A stretch of 64,000 nucleotides of DNA from Phoronis australis (Eukaryota; Animalia; Phoronida): contig NMRA01000021.1 in NCBI GenBank assembly GCA_002633005.1, positions 1,625,146 through 1,689,145 on the forward strand, read 5' to 3'. Made by a program: the position numbers and the translations under genes. The notes under the pieces are model-generated. The model was given only the letters and a program-made list of their open reading frames with translations, made no database searches and had not been told where the DNA came from. The stretch's first letter is position 1. Every line of letters begins with the position of its first letter. This document shows, piece by piece, positions 37,524 to 51,300 of the stretch.

Positions 37524-38972
37524 CTTTTCACAGACTTTACCAGTGACAATAGTTGAAGATTCTGACTATTTAGAGATAACTGTTAGCTATTAAAGATACA
37601 AGATCAACTGTTAGGGAAAGCCAAAACGATGTACCTTCTCTTCAAAATTTTAAATAGAACAACGTTCATTTGTTTTGGGTTTCTGTAAAGGTAAAACTCA
37701 AATATTGCTCAAATACGCATTGTAAAATTTCTTTGATGTTATAATTTGCAGTAACAACAAAAGTCGCAAAGTAGTTTCCACACAGATGTTGCTTGCACTC
37801 AGTCCTAGTAATCAGAGCCGGGGTTATAGTCTGATGCTGCAAAACGTCCCCGGCATGACAATTCCTACTTATGGCTTCCGGGTCAGGCCAGTTTTCGTTA
37901 GGCTAAGACTATGCCTGTCGGGAAATGAAAAGAGCTGCGTGACACCTGAAACAGTTGATACCAGTACAATTTAAAAAGCTCAATTAGAAAATGTTGAGGA
38001 GAAAATCTTTGAAATAACGCATTACTTCAGAAATAACCGAAGAGCTCTATATACGTGCAAATTTTGTTCAGTTGGCCTAATTGTCCGGAAACGAGATTTT
38101 AGCAGACGTGCCCTTTTCATATCCGCGATTTCCTTCTCTCACTCTTCCTTCAAATTTTGTTCTGCGTATCCCTGAAAGAACGCATGATACGGAATCAGTT
38201 GTAACCACAAATTTCCCAGTTGTCCCAGTAATGCTAATCGCCCAATTTCGCCTTTATGGTAACCAATGAGCTATATGTATTTATCTCGTTGGTGGAAACC
38301 AACAACAGACCATCGTGTAAGCTCCGCCCATGGGTCGGCCGTATTTGTTTTGGTGGCAGTTACTAGCTGATAAATTGTGCAAAATAACGCTGTTCACAAG
38401 TAGGTAAGTCATGTACTTCACAGTGGAACACACCATTACTTGGTTATTCAATACATGCACGGAGATCGGATGATTGTCATCACGCGTTTTCCATGAAACT
38501 GTACCGAAAGAGACAAGACATGGCTGCACAACTTCAAAGGGTTTTACTCAGTTCTTGAGTTCGCATCAGTAGCGATTTTCTCGAGGCTATTTTGTCAAAA
38601 CGCGTCGATCAATTTCAATGAAATTACCCAATATTTTGGGCTTCTCTGTAACTTTTGAACAATTTATGGCCAAATCATTATTCTGTTTGTGACTAGAGAT
38701 AAAATTCTATAATTCTATCTTATCTGTAAAATATGAATTGAAAAACAATGCGTCACAGGTTCAAAGTTAAATGTTAGCTCAATATAAAGCCAGGACTGTT
38801 TTCTAAATGTGTATTGCGCCACCTTAATTTTTAGCTTATTTAGTGCATCGATTCCACTTGAAGATTTAGATTTGAGGTTTCTAGAAATTCTTTTCGAATA
38901 CATGACTGAATTTAAATAGTTTATCCTCGTTGAACAAGCGGATTCTGGATTGTACACTTTGACTCACCTCAG

Positions 38973-40123
38973 TTTTTTTCTTAAATATTTATTGTGAAAT
39001 ATTCAATACAATAAATATACATACCCAGAAAACGCCAAGAGGCATTGAATCTGAGTTAAAACATACAAAGAAATATATACAATTATTATACGCAAATACA
39101 TAAATTTACATAAATCAAAAAATTGATGATAAGAGTATAATGACATATGATCACGAATGTAAATAAATCATTCATTTCCATACAAAATAAGTTATTCTAT
39201 ATGTATACAACTTTTTCGAGTCACACAAAGAGATTTAACATTAAAAAGAAATTTTGAAACTATTTCGAATGAAACTTTATTTTCAATTGGGTCGAGTTCT
39301 TTACATCCATTTATAAAAAAAGCAATTTTATTGTACATCTGAGGAATATGTGAATATTTTTGTAAACAATGGGGGTCTGTAAAAGCTGTACCCTCTTCTA
39401 CCCGCATACCGCACAAGCAAGAAAACATGAGCATGTGTCTCAGTGTCTCCACAGGATCACAGAGGTGATATTTTTAAAATTAAGTCTAAATTTGTCGTTC
39501 TTCGCATCTTGATCTGTATAGGATTATTTCATGGTTGTGAGAAAGTTGGAATGATGTCAATGGGACTGGCATGTCTTGAGTAGTGGTACGCAGTTTGAAT
39601 TTATTACTTGGCGAAATAACTTGCTCTGACGTCAAGTTTTTTTTCCTTTTTTGTTCGTTCGCATTGTATAGATCGCATTGTTTACCGATTCCCACGAAAT
39701 TTACACACATCATGTTTTTGAGAGTGATGATTGAATTGCTTTCTTTTATTTTGGATGGTTAGGAATTTCAGTTGTCAATGCAAGTTAATATCGTAGATCT
39801 TCTGAACGCTTGGCTGTGGGAAGATGGTATAGTGTATCTATTACTTTGCTGCAGTCCTGGTCTTGTGTTGTCTTTTGTAGGAGTCACAGGGGATTTTGTT
39901 TGAATCATTATTTATGTTGTTTAAGACTTTGAATGTATACACGGACTGGTGGAGTACATGACGGGTTGCTAGATGTAGTTTGCTCCAGTTAAGACTATTT
40001 AGAACCTCGATTGTGTTGGATCATTTCTATGCTCCTGTTATGGCTAAAGCTGCCTGGTATTGTAGTCATGAAGAAGTATGACTGTGTTAGTAGATTCTGT
40101 CACAGTAATCTAGATGTGGAAGT
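38973..40123 (-). mobile_element. 5'-truncated LINE of the same family as 48316-52088
   Basis: Reverse complement aligns to ~51045-52088 (VLPHLDYCD..., MPVPLTSFQLSHNHEIILYRSRC, IPQMYNKI.FF..GC.EL); same 3' tail ending AATAAA...A7; candidate TSD ACCTCAG (38966-38972) / ACCTCCG (40124-40130). Confidence 0.85.
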
Positions 40124-41375
40124 ACCTCCGTGACTGCTCAACATCTGATCCGGAAGATTATTTAGATCTAACGTTTGATTCCTCAACGGATATTTTCATA
40201 ATAAACGTCCCGGGCTTGTCTTGTCTGCAGAAAACTTCGGTAGGTGTTTCCCAGAAGCTAAGTAGCTAAATTGTCAATATTTGTGCAATGCAAATGAATG
40301 ATTATGAGTTTTTGTATGAATGATGGAAATACTTTCTACCAAAATTTTGGGTATTAGTTAATTAGTCACGTGGATATTGCAAGTTAAAAGTTAGAATCTT
40401 GCCACACCCTTGCAAGTCACTTAACACGTGAGCTCCCATCGCATTCCAACACCATAAGGTTGTTTTCCCTCACTCTAATATCTTCTTGGCAACCCCAAAC
40501 ATCATCCATTTTCGGATTTGGTTTAGGGAACATCACCAATGGTAATCTTTCGCTAAAAGCACAAATTTCCTACGATTCATCATTCATTTTCTTAAAGTGG
40601 CCCAAACCATTTCTCAAGTTACCTAATCTGACGAAATAGTCAAGATAATCTTAATGCTTTGCCTGTTCTCATACTGACGGTTTGGTCATTCATTTTCCAG
40701 GTTTGATGGAACCCTAAGTTTATCTTAGGGTAGTCCCTTTCCGCGTAAATCACAATTAACAATGTGTCATAGACGGATCCAGGATTTTGAGTTAAGGGAG
40801 ACAGGGAGAGTATTAGCCAGGAATTAGATTTTGCCCGTCAGATATTCGCGTATCTGAACTGGCAAAACGGGGGAGAGGTGGACAGGTGGATTTCCACCTC
40901 CTAGAAATTTCGATTTAGTGTCTCTGTTTTCCTTGATTTTTGAAATATATTCAGCCCTCCATGATACTTCTAGAACCTGGTTGTTCTCTACGTCGAGCGT
41001 TCAAATTCCCACTGCCCTTTAGAATGAGTTGGAATCTTAATCCAAAGTCAAATTTTCAATTTTGTAAGTTACCGACAAAATCGCTCATAACTCTGGACTT
41101 GTACCTGCCTTTCTGTCGACTGCGTTTAAGAATGTCTTGTATGAATAGGAACTCCGCCAGCCGCCGAGCCCCCGGGCCCACTGCGACCCATTTCCCTCCG
41201 ACGAACGCTGCTAAACAAGGCAAGATAAAACGGCAGTGCTGTCGCTGAAGATGCAAAACAACAGCTAACTTATTCGTAATTTTTTATACCACATTTATAC
41301 CACAATATTAGCCTCGAATGGCAGATACAACCGTGTAATAACACATAAAGTTATGTCACTATTTAGATAACATTT

Positions 41376-41452
41376 TGGCGGGAACCGAGGCCGGATTCGA
41401 ACCCGGACCTCAACAGTTGCGAGTCGCCGACTTTACCAATACATCACTCAGC
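41376..41452 (-). other. tRNA-like sequence (SINE head or tRNA pseudogene)
   Basis: Perfect B box GGTTCGAATCC within T-arm CCGG GTTCGAAT CCGG; acceptor-like pairing GCTGAG/CTCGGT; D and anticodon arms are poor. Confidence 0.45.
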
Positions 41453-41488
41453 GGCTGACGTCATCGAACGTGAAAATAGAATACTTAA

Positions 41489-43101
41489 AGGAAAATGCCA
41501 CCCGATTTAATTAGTCTTTTTTGCCGTCTTAATCGGTCTATATCCACGTCGCCTCGCATACAGTCGACCTTAACTTGCGAAGAGATGTCGCGTTAACCTG
41601 TGAGGAAGGTGAGAAATGACGCTAGCGACGTCAGTGGTTCATATGCAGAGTGAATGCCGCTATGTTGCGGTGCATCGTTCCCGCTTGTCCGAACTAAGCA
41701 GTTGCGAGGAAAGCGGATATAACGTTTTTTTACTTCCGAAATGCTTAGGAAGTGGCTCACGGTAGTGAAGAATGAAATTTACGCTGTAAATAGCAAGTAT
41801 GAGGCCGTGAAACATCTCCGTGTCTGTGGCCTGCAGACGGACGTCGCCGTGCCTGACGAATGCCAGCTTACCAAATAACTCCATACGTTCCGTAGTCTGA
41901 GCTTGTTCACGGCGCCTCTCTAGTATTTCTTCATCACTGTATTCCTGTTCGAATTGATAGCCTGTAAAACGTAACGACCCACCTGCGAAGTCGGAACTCA
42001 TTGATGAGCTCTAGCTCCGGGGTTGCGTTCTGTTTCGGCAAAATGAATTATCCTCACCCTAACCAATGCTTATATAAAACTGAAACAAAGTCTGTCTCAT
42101 TAGATGCAATTTGTAATGCCTTTGGGGTGTTCGTGAGTGCAAATGATTTGAGAAGCCGGCTTTAGGTGCAATAAAACTAATTGACGGGACACCTAGGCCG
42201 TGTGCCGAGCTCATGCTAATTTAGTGTTTGCTGGCCGAAACTGTTGTGAAACAACTTAATTACCATCGCACGGCCAGGTGTTAGGGGAATCTTTATTAAC
42301 ATTTACATTACTCAAATAATGATTGTCAATGTACAACTTCTGCTCTGACGGTGCTGTGGCCAAAGCGGAACCTGAATTCGCGGCCCCCGTCGAGTAAGCA
42401 GATTTGCAGTTTCGTGGCTAATTCACCAACATAATCAGGTGCACATTACTTTGGCTCACTAGTATAGTATTTTCTTGACTGGAAGTTTAGTTTCCACTGA
42501 ACTTTGGCTGGTTTATGTTCGTGATGTCTGATCAGTTTCCGAGCCACTGGCGGGGATAACGAGTCAATCCGACCGGCCGCGACGGGCCTGATCGTGCTCC
42601 GAGCCACTGGCCAGGCTAACAAGCGTCTTGTGTTTAGAACTAAAAAAATCACAAGTCTAAACAACACAGATCTAGGTTCTCCTGTCTGTATCTCACGGAA
42701 AATACTTCGAAATTATCTAGTCCGACCCCAAACTCCTGCTACGGACCTTATTGGCCTACCGAACTTTGTAGGCTACGGTGTGTCCAAATACCAATAAATC
42801 CGTAAGAGCGAAATAAAACAACACGTTTTCGTAAGAATTCGGTGTGTTTTTAAGGGTTTTACATCGAAGTTTGATGATTTATTGGTGTTAAACGATGACT
42901 TCAAGCGATAAGCTGACACCAGTAACCCGTGTTGTGAACTGCTGAACAGACTGCGGGTGAAACCGATGACGTCATTTGATAATTTCAACACCTCCGTCTC
43001 CGGTCAGGTGTCAGGTAACCCAACCGTACGTGTCGTTATGGAGTAGAACTACTCGATCTAAATTGATACAAATTAGGTTGTTTTTTGGGTGGCATGCTCC
43101 T
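41489..43101. mobile_element. Non-autonomous Kolobok-type DNA transposon, copy 1
   Basis: TTAA on both sides (41485-41488, 43102-43105); TIRs AGGAAAATGCCACCC / GGGTGGCATGCTCCT; minus-strand peptide GYQFEQEYSDEE resembles the N-terminus of KolX proteins; second copy at 46141-47334. Confidence 0.85.
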
Positions 43102-43670
43102 TTAAATGAGCACGCGCAACAATCGCATGTTCAGCAAAGGGCATTGTACCGACAATTATAAGCTAGGAAAAATAAGACACATAATTTCCATAAAAACGAT
43201 ATTCTAATTCAGTGAAATTTTTCTCTCTCTCGTGTTCTCTCACTTGTAAATCACCGATCTCCAATTTGAATGCAGGTGTCGTGTGGTCGGGATCCTTCGA
43301 CTTGAGCATTATAGTCAGATACTAGTGGTAACATACTTTAGCAGACGATATATTCCCGGTCGAAGCTTAGCGTGATAAAATGTGTAGTAAGCTATAACCA
43401 ATGAGCTATATACATAGCTAGTTATATTTATCTCATTGGATATAACAGTTGCTATACCTTAATTTATAGATTCACTTTATTTCTATTTTGTTTTATTTTT
43501 CAATTGGTTTTGAGTAAAAGCATTATTTTACAAAAATATCTCGGCTTTTCTTGAAAGATCACGACCTCAGACCGGCCGGCCTCTGACATAGAAAGTAGTT
43601 ACAAAGCCAAGGCGAGTCGAGAAAGGTAGACAGATTCATTGCGATGTTTCTCGTTCAGTATGTGGTATAC

Positions 43671-43835
43671 ATAGATTATTACATGTTCTCAGTCGTTATC
43701 TCCCCTTATCTAGAGCCCTCGTGGATTTTGTAGAATTGTGACCCTCGAAGCTAACGCCCCTCGGACGATAATTCTCCAAAATCCACTCGGGCTCTAGATA
43801 ACGGGGGATAACGACTTCATCATGTAATAATCTAT
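43671..43835. mobile_element. 165-bp palindromic MITE
   Basis: ATAGATTATTACATG...AGTCGTTATC.CCCC.TATCTAGAGCCC..GTGGATTTTG.AGAATT versus AATTCT.CAAAATCCAC..GGGCTCTAGATAACGGGGGATAACGACT...CATGTAATAATCTAT; ~70-bp imperfect arms. Confidence 0.8.
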
Positions 43836-44079
43836 ATTTACTTTGCATTAAGTCCAAATATTGCGAAATAACGTCTGTATGTGCAAAATGTTTAACTGCG
43901 CATGCAAAGATATACAGGACTACCTGCTCCTATTATGAAGTCTACCAAAGCCTTGAAATTACATTCATTTGCATTTCCGCAGGAGTCATCGTCGTGGTGG
44001 CCCTCAGTGCTATACCTCCTTGTCCGCAAAACACTATACACTTAATCAACGAGGCGAGAACTTCTCTATTTCTCTAAAT

Positions 44080-44460
44080 GCGTACATTCTGAGAATCGAG
44101 TACCTTTGCTACTAATCTAGCACAAACGTTCGGATTGGTGTGTAGAGAGTTTCCCTGTTTAGTCATAGAGTTAGAATGATATTTATAGGTCGCTATATTT
44201 GTAGATTGTGTGAGGCGTCCTTCTAGTTCTGACAAGGCTCTAAAAAGGGGAGACGATTTGAACTGTCTGGGAACAATATGCAGGCAGTGCAAAACAACCT
44301 ATCAACTTCTTTTGGGTGAACCACAAATGTATACTTCTGCGAGCAGCCATGCTATATTGCAACTTCCGTTTCAGCAACCAGACTTTTGGCTCTTGTCGTT
44401 ATCAGTCTTTTCTGGAAACTTTCAAGATAGCGACGGCTCTCTGTTTTTGAGGACAAAAAA
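44080..44460 (-). mobile_element. Decayed hAT transposase N-terminal fragment (TTF-type zinc finger)
   Basis: Frame-shifted pieces FPEKT...GSCNIAWL, FCTACILFPDSS..LEPCQN*KDAS, YKYHSNSM match the WL...FC..C.LF...NWK.A...YH pattern of ZMYM1/PRKRIR-like hAT proteins. Confidence 0.55.
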
Positions 44461-46140
44461 TTTGATCTCAACGTCAATGGGTGTACACTTGACGTAGTCG
44501 CTTCTGTCGTAAATACGTGTTTTAGGGGACATTTCTGTTTGATATCACTGTGTACCGCATTCGGGATCATTATCACAATCATTCGATCATTTAACTGACA
44601 GTCCATCTGACTTTTGACTGTGCTATGCCGTCTCAAGTTCCTCGGCATGATTTTGATGAGAGGGTTTTTACAGCAAAGAATTGTAAATTGTGTCCAGCTT
44701 AACTAACATGCAATGTGGTGCACAATGCCAGTTTAACAAAAAATCTAATGTTTTTACCAGTGATATAGATGCCATTGACGCATGCGCGCACCCAGCCTAA
44801 AAATGGGGACTCGAATTTTTGAAAATGTGGAACTTTTAATAAGATTAGCGGGGTGTGTTCAGAGCTATGAATTTTGCATTCGCCGAAATTAGGTAGTTCC
44901 TGCCTTTTTAGTGGTCTGGTTTTCTACTTTTTTCGGAGTTTTTTTTTTCTCTCAGACGGATCTTTTTGCTCATTTCACTAAATGGGGGGCTCATTCGAGC
45001 CCCCGAGCCCCCTCCTCCCGGGTGCACACATGAGACACATTGATGGAGGTGCTTCATTTTCAAAAACTGATTGAAAATCATAGCCAGAGATTCGTTTTAT
45101 TAAAGGTGGTACTTCCAGTCGTATCTAAGACGGGCCTATCTTAAGATTTGGCAATCACTTCAACAAAGTGGTTTTTGAAGATGGTGGTTTATTATGAACA
45201 ATGGACCCCCTATAGATCACAGTGATTTTTTGTTATTGTCAGCTGTTTCATTTTTGCCTTATACGGAAACAACGTAATTTTGCCGCGACAACAATGCTGT
45301 GAACAGAGACAAAAATTTAACGCACCAGCGAAACAATCTGGTTTGGTTCCTTTCAGTGCGGGCACGCAATTAACAACTTTACTGGGGTTAGTTTTATATA
45401 AAAACGTAATGCACAACTACCTACTTATTTAGTCTAGGAGAATTTTAAGGGGGCATGGCCCCATTGCCCCCTTTCTTAATCAACCACTAGTGTCAGCATG
45501 TTTTGGCATTTAAATTGAACACTCTGCGACGTTAGGAACCCGAAGGTGGCCTGACGTTGGTCTGACGGGATTTGTCACTGCTCTGACTCGATGTCATGAT
45601 GATGCTGAGTCCGCTACAACTGACCTTGACTTCATCATAGATCTTTTGAATATAAGGCCAATTTTCCACATTATTCACATTTTGACAACAGGAGGATAGG
45701 CACCGATTTTCCGAAAGTGATGTTTTGAACAACGGAGGACTTGCAAATTGTTCACTTCAAAACGTAAAATATGTTTACTTGGCTTTTCTGTACCAGCTGA
45801 AGACTGAGATCAAAACATATTTTTCATGTCATGGAAATCACATCCAATGACCACAAAAAACCCTTTTCGTGCCAATTTGCTATGTTACGTCACTAATGTG
45901 TCGTGTAATAATCAGAGTAAATCTTAATTCTTTCAATTTTTAATTCGCACCTTTTGAATGATTGATTTTTCTAAGCTACGTAAAGAAAACGCTCCCGAGA
46001 GATTAATTTCAGGTTGAAAACACTCATTACTATGTTAAAACCTAGCGAAAGATGTCTGTGTTGTCATGTCGACGAAACTCGGTAATAATGGCGAGTCCGA
46101 AAAACAATCGACTGAATGTTTCATCCACGAGCCTATTTAA

Positions 46141-47334
46141 AGGAGAATGCCACCCGATTTCATTAGTCTTTTTTGCCGTCTTAATTGGTCTATATTCACA
46201 TCGCCTCGCATACGGTCGACCTTACCTTGCCACGAGGTGTCACGTTAACCTGTGAGGAAGGTGAGAAACGACGCTAGCGACGTCAGTGGTTCATATGCAG
46301 AGTGAATGCCGCTATGTTGCAGTGCATCATTCCCGCTTGTCCGAACTAAGCAGCTGCGAGGAAAGCGGCTATATCGTTTTTTTACTTCCTCGAGTGTCCG
46401 AAATGCCTAGGAAGTGGCTTATGGTAGTGAAGAATGAAATGTACGCTGTAAATAGCAAGTATGAGGCCGTGAAACATCTCCGAGTCTGTGGCCTGCAGAC
46501 GTCGACAATGCCTGACGAATGCCGGCTTACCAAAAATTCCATACGTTCTGTTGTCTGAGCTTGTTCACGGCGCCTCTCTAGTATATCTTCATCACTGTGT
46601 TCCTGTTCGAATTGATAGCATGTAAATCTTAACGATTCACCTGCAAAGTCGGGACTGATGAGTTCTAGCTCGTCCTAAGTCGGTATTGCTGAGCGTTCTG
46701 TTTCAAAATGAATTATTCTCACCCTAACCAATACTTATATAAAACTGAAACAAAGTCATGAGATGCAATTTGTAATGCCTTTGGAGTGTTCATGAGTGCA
46801 AATGATTTGAGAACCAGGCTGATCGGGCTCCGAGCCAATGGCCAGGATAACCAGCGTTTTGTGTTTAGAACTAAAAAAATCACAAGTCTAAACAACACAG
46901 ATCTAGGTTCTCCTCTCTGTATCTCACGGAAAATACTTCGAAATTATCTCCGAACACACCCCAAACTCCTGCTACGGACCTTATTGGCCTGCCGAACTTT
47001 GTAGGCTACGGTGTGTCCAAATACCAACAAATCCGTAAGAGCGAAATAAAACAACACGTTTTTATATGAATTCGGTGTATTTTTTAGGGTTTTACATCGA
47101 AGTTTGATGATTTATTGGTGTTGAACGATGACTTCAAGCGATAAGCTGACACCAGTAACCCGTGTTGTGAACTGATGAACAGACTGCGTGTGAAACCGAT
47201 GACGTCATTGGATAATTTCAACACCTCCGTCTGCCGTTAGGTGTCAGGTAACGCAACTGTACGTGTCGTTATGGAGTAGAACTACTCGATCTAAATTGAT
47301 ACAAATTAGGTTGTTTTTTGGGTGGCATGCTCCT
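46141..47334. mobile_element. Non-autonomous Kolobok-type DNA transposon, copy 2 (internal deletion), inserted in the GPCR paralogue 3 promoter
   Basis: TTAA TSD 46137-46140 and 47335-47338; TIRs AGGAGAATGCCACCC / GGGTGGCATGCTCCT; lacks ~430 bp present at ~42160-42590; empty site visible at 34259-34275. Confidence 0.9.
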
Positions 47335-48315
47335 TTAAAGATATTGCAAACCCACTGGTAACAGAGGAATCGTAAATTACTGATCCCTGGGGTCACGGGA
47401 AGCCTGCATATCTGAGATGGCAGTTATGAATTTCACGAATACTTCAGAGACGCAAATACCATGATACACACAGACATCTTGGTATACCGGGTACTGTTAG
47501 ATGAAAAACTCTCATTCACACCTCACGGAACTAATTAACCCACTTCAGCTTGTCTCTCGTCATCTGAATTCTATACATATAGAAAATTTGTGCAAATCCT
47601 TTGTACTTCCATACATCGATTATTGTGATATCATATATCAGTCGGCCAATACGGGTGCACTCCAACATTTGAAGTTACAGTATTAAGCTGCCTTACTCAT
47701 AACCCCGGAGCTTACAGGGGATCCAATAGTGTTATGGTTTTGAATAGTCTCAAGTAGTCCAAACTGTCTACTCGACGCAATCTTCACATGACCACATTTA
47801 CTTTCAAAGTAATAAACAATGTCAACAACGTCGCGGCTGTCAAAAAATATTTGATCTATACTCCACCCCATATGCAATTCCTCCGTCGTTCAGTCAGGCA
47901 TTCAGAAGGTCTACAGTAATGATGTGCATCAACAACTGGAATTCTCTTCCAGTCTCTGTTATAGAAAGCAACTCTTTTACGATTAAAACTGTTTTTCATA
48001 ATTTTGATAACTCAACACCCTTGACTCAATTCTCCCTTCCCCGTGATAACGAAATAGCATTGTATAGATCAAGATGCGGTCTTTTCCTCAACTCTGACAA
48101 GTTTAGGCATAACTTTACTAATGTCTCTCCAAACTGTAAATGTGGTGACCATCAATCTTATCCTCATATTTTCTTCAAATGTCACCTCATCGAATACCTG
48201 AGAGACTCACTCTTTCGTGCACTCAATGGAAACCAATCAATTGTTAACGCTCTCAATTCTTGTAATAATATCCCTACTAGAGTTACATTATTATTGAATG
48301 GTATTCCTAACCTTG

Positions 48316-51300
48316 ACTTCATTACTGTTAGTCTATTCACACACTTGTATATACTTCTTTTCTTTTGTTAGATAAGCTTGTTAACTTTGAACTGTATGAA
48401 CTTATCAGTATTTAACTACAGACATAATAATTATAATTGTTCGGGTGTCTGGAAAACAAAAATATCCCACTGCTTTTCGTCTATTACGCTCGACCTCACT
48501 CTTCTACTACGAAAACGACCCCGAACTGAGCACTTACGTAATGTTTACTGCACAATGAAGAACTCATGTTGTGATATCCGAGTTATCATTGAGCAAAGTC
48601 TTTTGACTGCTGGTGACATAGAGGTCAATCCAGGACCAGGCACTCAGGGTTTAGCCAGCTTCAAGGTCTTATTCACTAATATCAACAGTATCAAGGCGAA
48701 CAATCTTTCAAGATTTGATCTTCTCAAGGAAGTTATTACAGACAACAATTACATGGTCATTGCTATATGTGAATCTGGAACACCGTCCGAAGACAACCTC
48801 AGTGCACTTATTATTCCAGAATACAACATTGCCTACCACACTAACGCCGGGAAGGGGTTGATCTTGTTTGTCCACAACTCCATAAATTACAGAACAATTG
48901 ATGATAAAATTATTCATTCAATGAGTAACTGTTGGATTGAACGTACTTAACGTCAACCACAAAAAGGTATATTACGGGTTTTTTTTCACCCTCACAGACG
49001 TCCCATGAAAGGAAAGCATATTTCAAAACCTTTTCAGAACAATTGCAAGAACTCTCTCAAACTAATAAAACAATTGTTATCAACGCAAGAAATAGTACTT
49101 GGTACTCAGAAGACAATGACAACCAAGCCGGTCTCGAATTATTCGATATTCTCCTCACAAATGACTACAACTAATAAACGAGCCGACACGTTTAACAGAG
49201 TATTCACATTCTTGCCTTGATTTATGTATAACAAACAATCTCGGATTAATTGAATCCACTTCTGTAAGGCCTCCCATTGGTAACTCAGACCACCACGTTA
49301 TAGAAACAACATTCACACTCAACTGCGCACCTAAAGAGCCAGACATTATGAAGAAGACCTGGAATTACAACCTCATTAACATGGACAAACTGCGCACTGA
49401 CATAACCACATTCAACTGGACTGAAATACTTAAGAAAAGTGACATAAATGACGCAGTCTCAATATTCACACAGTCACTCTACAACATATTAGATAATAAT
49501 ATCCTATAAACCATGAAAACAATAAAAAACAAGAACAAACCATGGTTTAACAATAACATTAAGTCTGAAATAAATAAAAGAAATAAACTGTACAGATCGT
49601 TCAGAAGATCAAATAACCCATGCACGTTCAAGTGCTACAAAGAACAGTGCAAGAGTGTGGAAGAAGTAATTAAAAAGACAAAACAAGACTATAAGATGAA
49701 AGTTATCTCCAATATCAAAACTGTCTCCAAAAATTCTAAGGAATATTGGGATATAGTAAACAAAATTCGAGGACAGGTAAAGCAATCATCTTACCCCACC
49801 ATCCACTCAAAAGAATCCAACTCTCAGGCGTCATCCAAAGCCGATAAAAGTATCTTATTTCTAGACTACTTCACTGCCAAGAGTTGCATTGCACCAACAA
49901 TAAACTATCCAGAATTCCCAAACAGAACATTAGAACACCTCTCTTACATAGAAGCCCAACCTTCTGAAGTCAGAAAACTACTAGAAAACATTGACGAAAA
50001 CAAAAACGACGTACAAATCTCCTAACCAATAAAATGATCAAGATAATAGCAGGAGAGCTTACACTTTACACTTCCTCTGACAACATTATACAACAAAATA
50101 CTACAATCTGGAAAATTTCCTTCGAACTGGAAGCTTGGCGTTATGATACCAATACACAAAAAGAACTCCAAAACCGACATTGTCAACTATCGCCCCATAA
50201 CTCTACTTAACAACTAATCCAAAATTTTAGAAAAAATCATTTCTCAGCACATGTTTGACCACCTCTCTTCACAAAACCTCATATATCGTCGCTAATTTGG
50301 ATTCAGGCCTGGTAAGAGCACTGTGCCGCAACTTACATAAATTGTACACGACATCCACCTCCAGTTTAAGCAAGGTTACAACGTGAGATCCGTATTTTTA
50401 GACATTGCTTCAGCTTTTGATGTCGTTCCCCATGACCTGCTTCAACATAAATTACAATGTTACGGTTTCTCAGGCACTCTCCTCTTACTTTTAAAATCAT
50501 ATCTGGAAAATCGAACTTACAAAGTCCGAATTGAGGGTGTCTTATCACCTTCATCAACGCCAGGTTTCGTAAATGCTGGAGTACCACAGGGTAGCGTACT
50601 TGGCCCCTTACTCGTTTTACTGTACATCAATGATCTTCCAGACACGATAAGCTCTAAAACATTCTTATATGCTGATGACACTGCAATTTTCCACCCATTC
50701 TCAAAAGAGCATCCCCATGACTCCTTACAATTGTAAACTGACCTGACTGGTCTCACAAATGGAAGATGAAATTTAAACCTGAAAAAAGTGTTGATCTTAT
50801 ATTTTCTAAGTCTAATAATACTCATTTCCAAACAAATCCAACACCGGAATTATCACTCAATGGGGAAGTTATCCCCAATAAGTCCACGCACAAACATCTT
50901 GGCTTGCTACTCGATCATAAGCTTACATTTACTCCTCATTGTCGCGAACTCGTTCAAAAACTACAAAAATTAATTAATCTAATTAGAATTATCTCTCGTC
51001 ATCTCAGCTCCATGCATCTTGAAATTCTGTTCAAGTCTTTTGTACTTCCACATCTAGATTACTGTGACATAATCTACCAATCGGCAAACGCTGGCATACT
51101 TCTTCAATTAGAAAGACTACAATACCACGCAGCTTTAGCCATAATCGGGGCATACAAAGGGTCCAACACAATCAAAGCTCTAAATAGTCTTCACTGGAGC
51201 AAACTAGCAACCCGTCGTAAACTCAACCTGTCCATGCATACATTCAAAGTCTTAACCAACATAAACAATTACTGTAACAAAATCCTCTTTGACTCCTACA

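Noticed and set aside
41376-41452. Functional tRNA gene
   Set aside because: B box and T-arm are good, but the D-arm and anticodon stem pair poorly; better explained as a SINE head or pseudogene (tRNAscan-SE would decide).
47173-47210. CTGATGA...GAAAC hammerhead-like motif inside Kolobok copy 2
   Set aside because: No convincing stem II or III, and the paralogous position in copy 1 reads CTGCTGA.
47462-47464. In-frame TGA in GPCR paralogue 3 as a possible Sec codon
   Set aside because: It replaces a Trp codon (TGG in the paralogue and in the other TSD copy) in a gene already broken by insertions.
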